A stretch of 64,000 nt of DNA from an uncultured Chloroflexia bacterium (GCA_963713975.1 OY970218.1:1344001-1408000), one strand, 5' to 3'; counted from the first letter of the stretch, positions 10,376-19,653 are shown. Notes: generated by a model from the sequence alone, not told the origin. Made by a program: numbers and translations.

Positions 10376-10533
10376 GCGCGGCAACACGCTACCGGCGCCG
10401 GGAGCCACGACCGCCCACGCCAGCGTCGTCCTCACCGGCGACCGGGGTGCTGGTCACCGGGGGCCTGGGTCAGCGGTTCGAGCGCCCCTTGGAGGTGTAG
10501 TCGCCGCCCGTCCTGGGCTCGATCAGCCCGTAG
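10376..10533 (+). repeat. Right copy of diverged direct repeat (decayed DUF2087 3' end plus true hpf 3' end)
   Basis: Same alignment as left copy, offset about 3.42-3.45 kb. Confidence 0.85.
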
Positions 10534-11054
10534 TTGCCATCCTTGCGGCGATAGATCACCGCGACCCGCTCGGTCTCGGCGTTGACGAAGACGTAGAAGT
10601 CGTGTCCGAGGTCCTCCATCGCGGCGACGGCGTCCTCCTCGAACATCGGCTCGATCGCGAACCGCTTGGTCTTGACGATCTTGCGCTCCGGCGTGTCATC
10701 CGACGTCCCGTCGGCGATCCGGGCCAGGAGCACCTTCTCCTCGTCCGGCCTGGAGCGGACGCGCGGCTTCTCCTTGAAGTCCTTCGCCTGGCGCTCGACC
10801 TTGTCCACGACGGCGTCGATCGCTGCCTGGTACGACGAACCGGTTGCCCGGCTCTTCAGCGTCTTGCCGTCGATGACGAGCGTGACGTCCGCGATGTGTG
10901 CGTCGGCCGCGCTCCGGTGCGCCTCGTTGGACAGTTCCACGATGGCGTCCGTGCGGTCATCGAGGAGCCTCTCGAGACGGGCGAACTTGCGCTCCGCGTA
11001 CTCCCGGACCCGGTCCGGAACCTCGAGGTTCTTGCCCCTGACGATCGTCCTCAC
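10470..11054 (-). CDS. hpf: Ribosome hibernation promoting factor (long HPF/RaiA)
   Basis: VRGKNLEV...; C-terminal IVKTKRF...M.EEDAV..M..LGHDFYVF..YRRKDGNYGLIEP; GGAGG SD before GTG 11054. Confidence 0.93.
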   Translation of the reverse strand: MRTIVRGKNLEVPDRVREYAERKFARLERLLDDRTDAIVELSNEAHRSAADAHIADVTLVIDGKTLKSRATGSSYQAAIDAVVDKVERQAKDFKEKPRVRSRPDEEKVLLARIADGTSDDTPERKIVKTKRFAIEPMFEEDAVAAMEDLGHDFYVFVNAETERVAVIYRRKDGNYGLIEPRTGGDYTSKGRSNR

Positions 11055-11190
11055 GGGTGACCTCCCGGCGCGTGCAGCGCCTGGCTGTGGGGGCGAGGGG
11101 GCCCGCGAGTCGGACCCCACTCGGAGTTCGAGTATAGCCACCGGGAGCCGCTCGCCCGGTAGGGCCGCAGGTCCCCCGGTGCCCGTACGA

Positions 11191-11865
11191 TCATCGTTCG
11201 CGGGCAACCGTGATCGCGCTCACGGCATCCGCTCCGCCATCGAGGAGCGCCCGCGCCGCCGCGCACAGGGTGGCCCCGGTGGTCACCACGTCATCCACCA
11301 GCACGACCCACCGGCCGGCGATGGACGCCCGCGAGCCTGGGTCAACAGCGAACGCGTTCGCGACGTTCGTGGCACGGTGGCCGCGATCCAGCCGGTACTG
11401 CGCCGCCGTCGCCCGCGTGCGCACCACGGCGGCCTGCCAGGGCATTCCGAGCCGCCCTGCCGCCGCCTCCGCGATCAGGGCGGCCTGGTCGTAGCCGCGT
11501 TCCCTGCGTCGGCCCGCATGGACGGGCACCGGGACCAGCAGCTGGCCACCGGCACCTGCCCGGCGCCAGCGCTCCGCGATCACGGCGCCCAGTGGCATCG
11601 CCAGCCGCCGTTCTCCCGCGTACTTGAGCGCGTGCAGCGCCCGCCGGGTCGTTCCCGCAAACGGGGCGCACCACTCCAGCTGGAGCAGGGGATCCGGTGG
11701 GCCGTCCGCGAGACCCAGCGGCGTCCCCGCCGTCAGCCCCACCCGTGGTCCCAGGGTCGGCAGGCAGCCGCGGCAGATCGCCTCGCCCTCGCGCCCGCAT
11801 CCCGCGCAGACCGGCGGCAGGGCGAGGTCCAGGAGGCGGCTCGCAGGCCGCAGGAATGCCGTCAC
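11191..11865 (-). CDS. comF: ComF family protein (zinc ribbon plus PRTase fold)
   Basis: CAGC...CRGC, LKY, VPVPVH..RRRERGYDQA, VLVDDVVTTGAT. Confidence 0.9.
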   Translation of the reverse strand: MTAFLRPASRLLDLALPPVCAGCGREGEAICRGCLPTLGPRVGLTAGTPLGLADGPPDPLLQLEWCAPFAGTTRRALHALKYAGERRLAMPLGAVIAERWRRAGAGGQLLVPVPVHAGRRRERGYDQAALIAEAAAGRLGMPWQAAVVRTRATAAQYRLDRGHRATNVANAFAVDPGSRASIAGRWVVLVDDVVTTGATLCAAARALLDGGADAVSAITVARER

Positions 11866-12016
11866 GTCGAGGTCACCAGAGCAGGATCCCGCCGAGATCG
11901 CCCGGACGTTCCCTCGTGGTCATGGATGGCAGGATGCTCCGCGCCACTTGTCCGCGACTCACCAGGTTCAGCGGCGTAAGCGGGGCCCCGCACCGCACCT
12001 CGCGCCTACGCGCCCG

Positions 12017-12412
12017 TTACGTGCTCTCCACGATCTCCAGGCGGTCGCCGACGGCGGTCCCCGTGGCATCGATGGTCCCGACCGGCAACTCGAGCACGCC
12101 GTCCGCGCCCCAGATCAGCGGGACCAGCCCCGTCCAGGCGCGCAGGCCCGGATGCACCGACTTGACGGTGCGGGCCCCGTCAGGTGCGGGCTTCGAGACG
12201 AAGACGGCATCGATCGGGAAGCGCATGAACATCATGTGGATGCCGTTGCTGGCGGGCAGCCACAGGCCGTGACCCGGAGGCAGCGAAGCCCGGCCCATCA
12301 GCCCCTTGAACTTCGCCCACAGCGACCCGGCCGTCTCGAGTCGCTCGACGAGGACGGTCCCCCTGTCCACGTTGCGGGCGACGCCGGGGGCGCCGCCCGT
12401 GGTGGGGCTCAG
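12017..12412 (-). CDS. DUF192 family protein
   Basis: KGLMGR, IHMMFMRFPIDAVF, VLELP.G; probable CTG start at 12412 (ORF track starts at 12370). Confidence 0.85.
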   Translation of the reverse strand: MSPTTGGAPGVARNVDRGTVLVERLETAGSLWAKFKGLMGRASLPPGHGLWLPASNGIHMMFMRFPIDAVFVSKPAPDGARTVKSVHPGLRAWTGLVPLIWGADGVLELPVGTIDATGTAVGDRLEIVEST

Positions 12413-12439
12413 GATCGAGCTCCTGTTGGAGCCCGCACC

Positions 12440-13384
12440 CTACACGTTGCCGCTGAGGCCGGTGATGATCAGGATGATGGCGGGGCCAAGGATGACGATG
12501 AACAGCGACGGGAAGATGCACCCGACCAGCGGGAAGAGCATCTTGATCGGCGCCTTGGCCGCCATCTCCTCGGCACGCTGGCGGCGCTCGATGCGCAGCT
12601 GCTCGGACTGGACCTGGAGCACCTTGCTGATGGAGACGCCCAGCTGCTCGGCCTGGATGATGGCGCCGATGAAGTTGGTGAGCGCCCCGACCTCGGAGCG
12701 AGGGACGATGTCCCGCAGCGCGTCACGCCGCGGCTTGCCCACCCGGATCTCCGCCAGGGCCCGCCGGAACTCGTCGGGGAGGGGACCCTTGAGCTTCTCC
12801 ACGACCTTGCCCAGGGCGCCGTCGAAGCCGAGCCCGGCACGGACGGAGATCGTGAGCAGGTCGAGCGCATCCGGGATCTGGAGCAGGATGGCCTTCTGGC
12901 GCTTCTTGATGCGGCCGCCCAGCCAGAACTCGGGCAGCGAGTAGCCGAGGTACAGGCCGACCGGGATCAGGATGAGATTGAGCGGGAACGAGAGGACCGA
13001 CACCACGCCCGGGAAGACGAACAGCAGGACGGCGACGGCGGCCCCGATGATCGCGCCGATGGTCTTGATGCCCATCCAGTCCGCGGTCCGGAGCTCGCCG
13101 GGGTTGCCGGCCAGCGCCAGGCGCTTCTCGGTGGACTGTGTGAACGACACGCTCGCCATCCGCGACGCCCGGCCCGAGAGGCGGCCCATCAGCGGACGGA
13201 CGGTCCGGTCGAACAGCGGCTGCTGGAGCTCCAGCTCCTCGAGGTTCTTGGCCTGCATAGTGCCAAGCTGGCTGAGCCGGGCCTGGACCGGGTCGACCTG
13301 CGGCCCGGAGGCCAGGCCGATGAAAATCAACAGGATCGCGCCGGCTGCGATCGCCGCCACGACGAGGGGCAGTACGCCATCCAT
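12440..13384 (-). CDS. tadC: Tad pilus assembly protein TadC (T2SS F family)
   Basis: PDALDLL...AGLGFD.AL, IQAEQLGVSI, AEE.AAK.PIKMLFPL. Confidence 0.93.
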   Translation of the reverse strand: MDGVLPLVVAAIAAGAILLIFIGLASGPQVDPVQARLSQLGTMQAKNLEELELQQPLFDRTVRPLMGRLSGRASRMASVSFTQSTEKRLALAGNPGELRTADWMGIKTIGAIIGAAVAVLLFVFPGVVSVLSFPLNLILIPVGLYLGYSLPEFWLGGRIKKRQKAILLQIPDALDLLTISVRAGLGFDGALGKVVEKLKGPLPDEFRRALAEIRVGKPRRDALRDIVPRSEVGALTNFIGAIIQAEQLGVSISKVLQVQSEQLRIERRQRAEEMAAKAPIKMLFPLVGCIFPSLFIVILGPAIILIITGLSGNV

Positions 13385-13387
13385 GCG

Positions 13388-14404
13388 CTAGACCTCGATA
13401 TCCACGATTTTGCGAATGAACATGAAGCCCATGAACATCGAGAAGCCACCCAGGATCAGGATGATCACGCCTCCGGGCAGCCCCATCAGGCTGACGCGGT
13501 CGTCGAACATCGGCTCCATGAACCCTGGTGCCGCGATGAACAGGAAGCCTGCCAGGGCGATGGGCAGGAAGCCCACCACGTAGCCCGACATGCGCTGCTG
13601 GGCGGTCAGGGTCCGGATCTCGCCCTGGATCCGGACGCGCTCACGGATCGTGTACGCGATGGAGTCCAGGATTTCCGCCAGGTTGCCGCCGACGGTGTGC
13701 TGGATGGAGATGGCCGTGGCCATCAGCTCCAGGTCGTCCGACTTCACGCGTCGGACCATGTTCTCCAGCGCCACATCGAACGAGAGACCCAGGTTGACCT
13801 CGCGGATCACGCGCCCGAACTCGGTCGAGATCGGCGGCCGCGACTCGCGGACGACAAGCTCGATGGCCTGGAGGAACGAGGAGCCGGCGCGCAGCGCGTT
13901 CGCGATCAGGGTGATCGTGTCCGGGAGCTGCTTGTTGAAGGAGCCCAGGCGACCGTTCTTCCGTCGTCCCAGCCAGAAGCGGGGGAGCATGAAGCCGACC
14001 AGCGCGCCGATGAGGAGGATGATCGGGTTGGCCAGGCTCGGCAGCACCACCGAGAGGGCCATCATCGCGAGCGGGATGCCAAGCGTGGTGCCCGCCCAGA
14101 TCAGGAGGTACTCGCTCGGCTTGAGCTTGAGGTCCGCGCGGGCGATCTCCCGCGCGAGGTTGGTGCCGAAGTCCCGCTGCTCCACCACCTTGTTGAGCTG
14201 CGCGAGCGCCTGGCTGCTCTGGAGGGCGGCCGCGAGGCCGCCGTCACCGGTTGCGGTGGCGGCCGGCGCGTCGGGCTTGGTCGAGGCATAGCGTTCCAGC
14301 CGGGCGTTGATCCCGGAGCCTCCACCGGACATCGCGATCCCCACCGCGATCAGCAGGATCGCGAGTGCGGCGATGCCGGCGATGGCGAGGGTCATGGTGT
14401 CCAT
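13388..14404 (-). CDS. tadB: Tad pilus assembly protein TadB
   Basis: QLPDTITLIANALRAG.S, PISTEF, GGNLAEIL, IRTLTAQ. Confidence 0.93.
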   Translation of the reverse strand: MDTMTLAIAGIAALAILLIAVGIAMSGGGSGINARLERYASTKPDAPAATATGDGGLAAALQSSQALAQLNKVVEQRDFGTNLAREIARADLKLKPSEYLLIWAGTTLGIPLAMMALSVVLPSLANPIILLIGALVGFMLPRFWLGRRKNGRLGSFNKQLPDTITLIANALRAGSSFLQAIELVVRESRPPISTEFGRVIREVNLGLSFDVALENMVRRVKSDDLELMATAISIQHTVGGNLAEILDSIAYTIRERVRIQGEIRTLTAQQRMSGYVVGFLPIALAGFLFIAAPGFMEPMFDDRVSLMGLPGGVIILILGGFSMFMGFMFIRKIVDIEV

Positions 14405-14424
14405 GTGGCGGCCTCCCCGTTCCG

Positions 14425-15843
14425 CTAGTAGCTGAAGCCGAAGAGGCCCGGCGGCAGGTGAATGCCCTGGACCTCGAACTTCTCGACGAACTTGGGCCGG
14501 ATGCCGGTCGGCTTGAGGCGGCCCTGGATCTTGCCCTCGATGACGCCGGTCTGCTCGAAGACGAACACGTCCTGCATCACGATGACGTCACCCTCCATGC
14601 CCTGGACCTCGGTGATGTTCGTGATCCGCCGCGTCCCGTCCTTGAGGCGGGCCTGGTGGACGATGACGTCCACCGCGGAGGCGATTTGCTCCCGGATGGC
14701 GCGGACGGGAAGGTCAACGCCGGCCATGAGGACCATGGTCTCCAGTCGGGAGAGCATGTCGCGGGGGCTGTTGGCGTGGCCCGTGGACATGGAGCCGTCG
14801 TGGCCCGTGTTCATGGCCTGGAGCATGTCCAGCGCCTCGCCCGAGCGGCACTCGCCGACGATGATCCGGTCGGGCCGCATCCGGAGCGAGTTCCGGACGA
14901 GCTCGCGGATCGGGATCTGGCCCTTGCCCTCGATGTTGGGTGGGCGGGACTCCAGGGTCACCACGTGCTCCTGGCGGAGCTGGAGCTCTGCGGCGTCCTC
15001 GATCGTCACGATGCGCTCGTCGTTCGGGATGAACGAGGAGAGCACGTTGAGCGTCGTGGTCTTGCCGGAGCCCGTGCCGCCGGAGACGAACACGTTGAGG
15101 CGCGCCTCGACGGCGGCTCGCAGGAACTCGAACATGTCCGGCGTGGCGGTCCCGAACCGGATGAGGTCGTCAACCGTGAACGGGCTCGCGGAGAACTTCC
15201 GGATGGTGATGACCGGGCCCACCAGGGACAGCGGCGGGATGATGGCGTTGACACGGGAGCCGTCCGTGAGGCGCGCATCCACCATCGGGGACGACTCGTC
15301 CACTCGACGGCCGATCGGGGCGATGATCCGGTCGATGATGCGCATCACGTGGTCGTCGTTCTGGAACACGACGTTCGTGAGCTCCAGGCGGCCGCTGCGC
15401 TCGATGTAGACCTGGCGCGGGCCGTTGACCATGACTTCCGAGATGCTCTCGTCGCGGAGCAGCGGCTCCAGCGGGCCGAGGCCGATGATCTCGTCGGTGA
15501 TCTGCTCCAGCATCCGCACCCGCTCCGCGCGGGTGAGGGCCAGGCCCTCCTCGTCGATGACCTTGCCGAAGATCTCCTCGATCTGGCGGCGGACCTCGAC
15601 CTGGTTGGACAGGTCGAGCTTCGGATCCAGGTCCTGGATGACGCGGTTCTGGAGCCGGAACTTCACGTCCCGGAAGGACTCGCGGACCGGCGTCTGGGTC
15701 ATCAGCCGGCCGGAAGCCGTCGGGCTGGGTGGCTGGGCAGCGCCTCCCGAGCCGCCCGGTGCCGGGACGGGAACGTTGCTCGACCCGCCGGGTGCCGCTT
15801 CGGCGCCGGGACGGGCGCTTTCGATGCGCTTCAGGAGACTCAT
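14425..15843 (-). CDS. cpaF: Tad pilus ATPase TadA/CpaF
   Basis: GLGPLEPLL, SGGTGSGKTT Walker A, IEDAAEL, LRMRPDRIIVGE, AMNTGHDGS. Confidence 0.96.
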   Translation of the reverse strand: MSLLKRIESARPGAEAAPGGSSNVPVPAPGGSGGAAQPPSPTASGRLMTQTPVRESFRDVKFRLQNRVIQDLDPKLDLSNQVEVRRQIEEIFGKVIDEEGLALTRAERVRMLEQITDEIIGLGPLEPLLRDESISEVMVNGPRQVYIERSGRLELTNVVFQNDDHVMRIIDRIIAPIGRRVDESSPMVDARLTDGSRVNAIIPPLSLVGPVITIRKFSASPFTVDDLIRFGTATPDMFEFLRAAVEARLNVFVSGGTGSGKTTTLNVLSSFIPNDERIVTIEDAAELQLRQEHVVTLESRPPNIEGKGQIPIRELVRNSLRMRPDRIIVGECRSGEALDMLQAMNTGHDGSMSTGHANSPRDMLSRLETMVLMAGVDLPVRAIREQIASAVDVIVHQARLKDGTRRITNITEVQGMEGDVIVMQDVFVFEQTGVIEGKIQGRLKPTGIRPKFVEKFEVQGIHLPPGLFGFSY

Positions 15844-15889
15844 TCGTCACACCCCTTCGACCACGAACGGCCGTTGAACTGCTGCCGCG

Positions 15890-17158
15890 TCATCGCCATG
15901 CGAACAGCGACTTCTTCTGTGCGCTCTTGCGGGCCGGCTCGCCAGCCTCGACGGCGCTGGTTCCCACGATCGCCGTCGCGAGCCGCAGGATGTCCTGGGA
16001 CACCTGTGCCTCGCGGTTGGACAGGAAGAACGGCACACCCCGATTGAGCGCGTACACCACGCTCCGGCCATCGGAGACGATGGTGTGGTCCACCCGCCTG
16101 CCGATCGAGTGTTCGACATCCGCGACGCGGATGCCCAACGACGAGTCGGCGCGGTTGAGCACGAGCCGGATCTTGTCCGACGCGTAGCCCAGCTGTTCCG
16201 CCACCTCGAGGAATAGGCGGATGTTCTTGATCGAGGTGATCTCGAGCGACAGCATCGTGAGGACGGTGTCGGCGAGATCGAGGATGGAGAGCGTGGTGTC
16301 GTTGAAGGACGACATGCAGTCCACGATCACCAGGTCATGGTCGGCGCGGAGCGCCTCCAGCATGTGCTTGGCGACGATCGGCGTGATCAGCTCGGCCGTC
16401 TCGGGAGACGGCGGGGCGAGGAGCACGCGGATGCCGGAGGAATGGTTGATCAGGAACGTGTCGATGGATTCGGGCTCACCCGTCTCGAGCTCCGGGATGA
16501 TGTCCGCGATGGACTTGTTCTTGGGGTTGAGGTTGAGCAGGACGCCGACGTCGCCGAACTGGAAGGAGGCATCCACCAGGCACACGCGCTGGCCAAGCTC
16601 CGTCGCCGCGGCGACTGCGAAGTTCACCGCGAGCGTGGTCCGTCCCACGCCGCCCTTGGGTCCGAACACGGCCACGACACGGCCGGGCTCCGCGTCCTCC
16701 CCGGAAGCCGCGGCAGCCCTAGTCTCTGCCGCGGACCCGTTGGCCGGCGCGGGCCTCACGGCGATCCGGGACAGCTTGTCCTGTTCCCGCATGTAGACCT
16801 GGCGGATTGAGGAGGTCAGCTCGTCGCTGGAGAACGGCTTGACCAGGAACTCGCGCGCACCCGCAAGCATCGAGCGGCGGAGGTAGTCCGCCTCGCCCTG
16901 CACGGACATCATCACCACCGCGGTGGACGGGACCTCTGCGGCCATCCGCTCCGTGGCGGCGATGCCGTCCATGTCCGGCATGTTGATGTCCATGAGGGCG
17001 ACGTCCGGCATGAGCCGGGCGGCCATCTCGAGGGCTTCGCGTCCGGACGCCGCCGCCCCGACGACCTCGAAATCAGCCTCGAAGCCAAGCAGCTTCGCGA
17101 GGTGATCGCGGGTCTCCGGGATGTCGTCGACGATGAGAACGCGGATCTGGTCTGCCAT
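15890..17158 (-). CDS. cpaE: CpaE/TadZ: receiver domain plus MinD/ParA-type ATPase
   Basis: REC domain (VDD, MDINMP); GPKGGVGRTT deviant Walker A. Confidence 0.9.
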   Translation of the reverse strand: MADQIRVLIVDDIPETRDHLAKLLGFEADFEVVGAAASGREALEMAARLMPDVALMDINMPDMDGIAATERMAAEVPSTAVVMMSVQGEADYLRRSMLAGAREFLVKPFSSDELTSSIRQVYMREQDKLSRIAVRPAPANGSAAETRAAAASGEDAEPGRVVAVFGPKGGVGRTTLAVNFAVAAATELGQRVCLVDASFQFGDVGVLLNLNPKNKSIADIIPELETGEPESIDTFLINHSSGIRVLLAPPSPETAELITPIVAKHMLEALRADHDLVIVDCMSSFNDTTLSILDLADTVLTMLSLEITSIKNIRLFLEVAEQLGYASDKIRLVLNRADSSLGIRVADVEHSIGRRVDHTIVSDGRSVVYALNRGVPFFLSNREAQVSQDILRLATAIVGTSAVEAGEPARKSAQKKSLFAWR

Positions 17159-17291
17159 GTCCTGCTGGATTGACCTCAGGAGCTTCTGTCGTGTTCGCGG
17201 GAGGTGTGCTCCCGCACTGCTTCGCCGGGGTCGCGGATCGGCCGGCTGGTGACCGGCCGATCACGCGGGTCCGCGAGTGAGCCCGCCGGGG

Positions 17292-18212
17292 CTAGGGCTT
17301 GGGTGTCGCGACCGAGCCGGGCAGCGGCGTGGGCTGGATCACCTGGACCACGGTCGGCGGGATGACCCCGCGGTCGTCGACGAGGCGGCGCAGCGTGATG
17401 CCGGTGGTCGGTACGACCGGGCAGTACGTGACGCCGTCGACGGGCTTGGTCGTGCAATCCGCAGACGAGCGCAGCACCAGCGAGATGTCGCCGTCGATCT
17501 GGCTGAACTTGATGACCTCGGCGTCCTGGGCGGGCACCGCGAGGATGACGATCTGCTGCTGGCCGTTGAGGGTCGTCGTCGTGCCATCCGGCGCGGCGCT
17601 CGGGCTCGGCTCCGCGGACTGCGGCGGCTCCGGCAGCAGGGTGCCGAGGACCTGGAGGCCCTGGGCCAGGATCTTGACCGAGGTGTGGTTGTAGAGCTCG
17701 TCCGGGTACTTCTCGTAGGCCGTGCCTGCCGGGAAGACCAGCGGCACCTTCTCGATCGTGGTGAAGCCGGTCACGAGGTCCACGAAGTCACCGGGCTTGA
17801 TGATGGTGCCCACGCCCGTGACCTGGTCCACCTGGATGCTCATGGCCACGAAGCCGGCCGGCGTCTCGATGTTCTGGATCGCGCCGCTCGCGTTGAGGAC
17901 GGCGCTGGTGATCAGCTGGCCGGACGTCACGCTGGACCGGGCGACCTGGCCGATGACCAGGGACGGGTCCCCATAGGAGTCCACCGGCTTGTCGTCGACC
18001 GGGAAGTCCTTGGTGGACAGGTCGGACTGCTGGATGGTGGCACCCAGGTCGATGTCCTTCGCGGCGACCACCACCTTTGCGGTGGCCGGCGAGGCCGACG
18101 GGCGGTTGTCGCCGACGCCGCCTCCGCCGCCGAGCATCATGACGATGAGGATGAACGCGACGATTGCGAGAAAGATCCCGATCAGCAGGACCAGTCGATT
18201 CGAGCGCTTCAA
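17292..18212 (-). CDS. cpaB: Flp pilus assembly protein CpaB/RcpC
   Basis: N-terminal TM, SAF domain VVVAAKDI, IKPGDFVDLV; TTG start. Confidence 0.9.
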   Translation of the reverse strand: MKRSNRLVLLIGIFLAIVAFILIVMMLGGGGGVGDNRPSASPATAKVVVAAKDIDLGATIQQSDLSTKDFPVDDKPVDSYGDPSLVIGQVARSSVTSGQLITSAVLNASGAIQNIETPAGFVAMSIQVDQVTGVGTIIKPGDFVDLVTGFTTIEKVPLVFPAGTAYEKYPDELYNHTSVKILAQGLQVLGTLLPEPPQSAEPSPSAAPDGTTTTLNGQQQIVILAVPAQDAEVIKFSQIDGDISLVLRSSADCTTKPVDGVTYCPVVPTTGITLRRLVDDRGVIPPTVVQVIQPTPLPGSVATPKP

Positions 18213-18420
18213 AGAATTTCTCCCCGAGCCGTAGTGACAGGTGGCACCACTCTAGCACCGCGATTCCAGCCCGCGACTAGCCAAAAGGGCTAGGACCGTT
18301 AGGAGGATTTGGGCAGATGCTCTGCGTGCCGCAAGGTGGATTGCAAGGATGCCTAGTGGTGGCTGCATTCTGGCACCCGCCGGCCGTGCCGGGAAGTACC
18401 CAACGGATGTCCGAAAACGG

Positions 18421-18450
18421 ACAACCCGCCGGGAGCGCCCGGCGGGTTGT
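18421..18450 (-). terminator. Intrinsic terminator downstream of Flp pilin
   Basis: ACAACCCGCCGGG-agcg-CCCGGCGGGTTGT hairpin followed by CCGTTTT on minus strand. Confidence 0.75.
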
Positions 18451-18472
18451 GGCCGAATGAGGGCTGACCTTG

Positions 18473-18652
18473 CTAGATCGCGTCGCCGATGACGCTGAGC
18501 TTGTCGCTGATCTGGCTGCCCAGAAAGAGCAGGGCCACGATCGAGACGATCGCGATGAGGGCGAGGATGAGTGCGTATTCGGCGAGCCCCTGGCCATCTT
18601 CGTCGTCATAGGACGCGAAGGACAGCGCCAGGACCGCCAGCTTCGTGAGCAC
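18473..18652 (-). CDS. flp: Flp family type IVb pilin 1
   Basis: EDG/QGLAEYALIL Flp motif; AAGGAGGTGA SD before GTG 18652. Confidence 0.92.
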   Translation of the reverse strand: MLTKLAVLALSFASYDDEDGQGLAEYALILALIAIVSIVALLFLGSQISDKLSVIGDAI

Positions 18653-18838
18653 GGCTGCGATCACCTCCTTCCGGGGCGTGATGCCCGAATACCGGTTCAT
18701 GCGAACACGGTACCGATCACCGTCGGCGGGTCAACCAGCCGTTGGTCCCCCCGGTGCCCGACGGAACCGGTCCGAAAACAGCGTCGCCGGCTGACTGGTC
18801 TGAGACCGCAGCCGGCGACGGAGTGCGAGAACCGGCGA

Positions 18839-19009
18839 CTAGATGGAATCGCCGACCGTCGAGAGGATCGTGCTGACCTGGCCGCCCAGGAAGATCAGGG
18901 CCACGATGGCCACGATGGCGATGAGCGCGAGGATCAGCGCGTACTCGGCGAGACCCTGGCCCTCCTCGTCCTGCGGAATGCGGGCGATGAGTGCGTTGAT
19001 AAGGGACAT
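18839..19009 (-). CDS. flp: Flp family type IVb pilin 2
   Basis: EEG/QGLAEYALIL; AAGGAGGT SD. Confidence 0.95.
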   Translation of the reverse strand: MSLINALIARIPQDEEGQGLAEYALILALIAIVAIVALIFLGGQVSTILSTVGDSI

Positions 19010-19196
19010 TGAGTTGGGTACCTCCTTTCCTCGAGAGTCCGCGGACAACCGCGGCGATCCGGACGGTATGCCGCGTGGCGGCGGGTGTCAATCGCCCTAA
19101 CCGCACTTCGGTGCGGTGTCGCACCGGGAACGAGCGTCCGGACGCAGCAAGGCCGCCGGACGGGCCGGCGGCCTTGCGGAGTGCGAGAACCGGCGA

Positions 19197-19367
19197 CTAG
19201 ATGAAATCGCCGACCGTCGAGAGGATCGTGCTGACCTGGCCGCCCAGGAAGATCAGGGCCACGATGGCCACGATGGCGATGAGCGCGAGGATCAGCGCGT
19301 ACTCGGCGAGACCCTGGCCCTCCTCGTCCTGCGGAATGCGGGCGATGAGTGCGTTGACAAGGGACAT
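19197..19367 (-). CDS. flp: Flp family type IVb pilin 3 (near-identical to pilin 2)
   Basis: EEG/QGLAEYALIL; GGAGG SD. Confidence 0.95.
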   Translation of the reverse strand: MSLVNALIARIPQDEEGQGLAEYALILALIAIVAIVALIFLGGQVSTILSTVGDFI

Positions 19368-19491
19368 TGAGGCCTCCCCAGATAAGAGCATGCGCCCAGT
19401 CGATTGGTATGGGCTGACTCGAACCGTAGACGCGCGGCTGGCCATCGCCAATGGGACGATCGTCCTACCGTGCCCAAGGATCTCGGCGGGG

Positions 19492-19653
19492 TCAGGTGCC
19501 GCCGTGCGCCGCGTCTACCAGGATGCCGATCAGCTCCGCCAGGGTCCCCCCGAAGACGAGGACGATCACGGCCGCCAGCAGCATCGTGCTCCCGAGCACG
19601 ATGGACGTCTCGAGGATCCCCGGGCCCGCCTCGGCGGTGCTCTGGCGGTCCAT
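19492..19653 (-). CDS. Divergent Flp-like pilin, 53 aa (not in ORF track)
   Basis: MDRQSTAEAG/PGILETSIVLGSTMLLAAVIVLVFGG...: G at -1, E at +5, hydrophobic helix; starts 5 nt after kinase stop. Confidence 0.7.
   Translation of the reverse strand: MDRQSTAEAGPGILETSIVLGSTMLLAAVIVLVFGGTLAELIGILVDAAHGGT

Larger units (their letters stand above)
18819..19371. repeat. 195-bp direct duplication covering pilins 2 and 3
   Basis: 18819-19013 vs 19177-19371, two mismatches. Confidence 0.95.

Noticed and set aside
7100-10400. Insertion as IS, prophage or integron cassette
   Set aside because: No transposase, integrase, terminal inverted repeats or attC-like site found
11624-14428. 934-aa plus-strand ORF and similar long ORFs (7938-9560, 14365-16047, 22648-24459, 57948-59360)
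   Set aside because: Antisense shadows of well-supported genes; Arg/Pro/Gly-rich with no motifs, expected at high GC
18819-19371. Pilin duplication as DGR template/variable repeat
   Set aside because: Only two mismatches and no reverse transcriptase in the window
17160-19500. c-di-GMP riboswitch upstream of tad or flp genes
   Set aside because: No GEMM-type consensus seen by eye; hairpins are explained as terminators. An Infernal scan would be decisive
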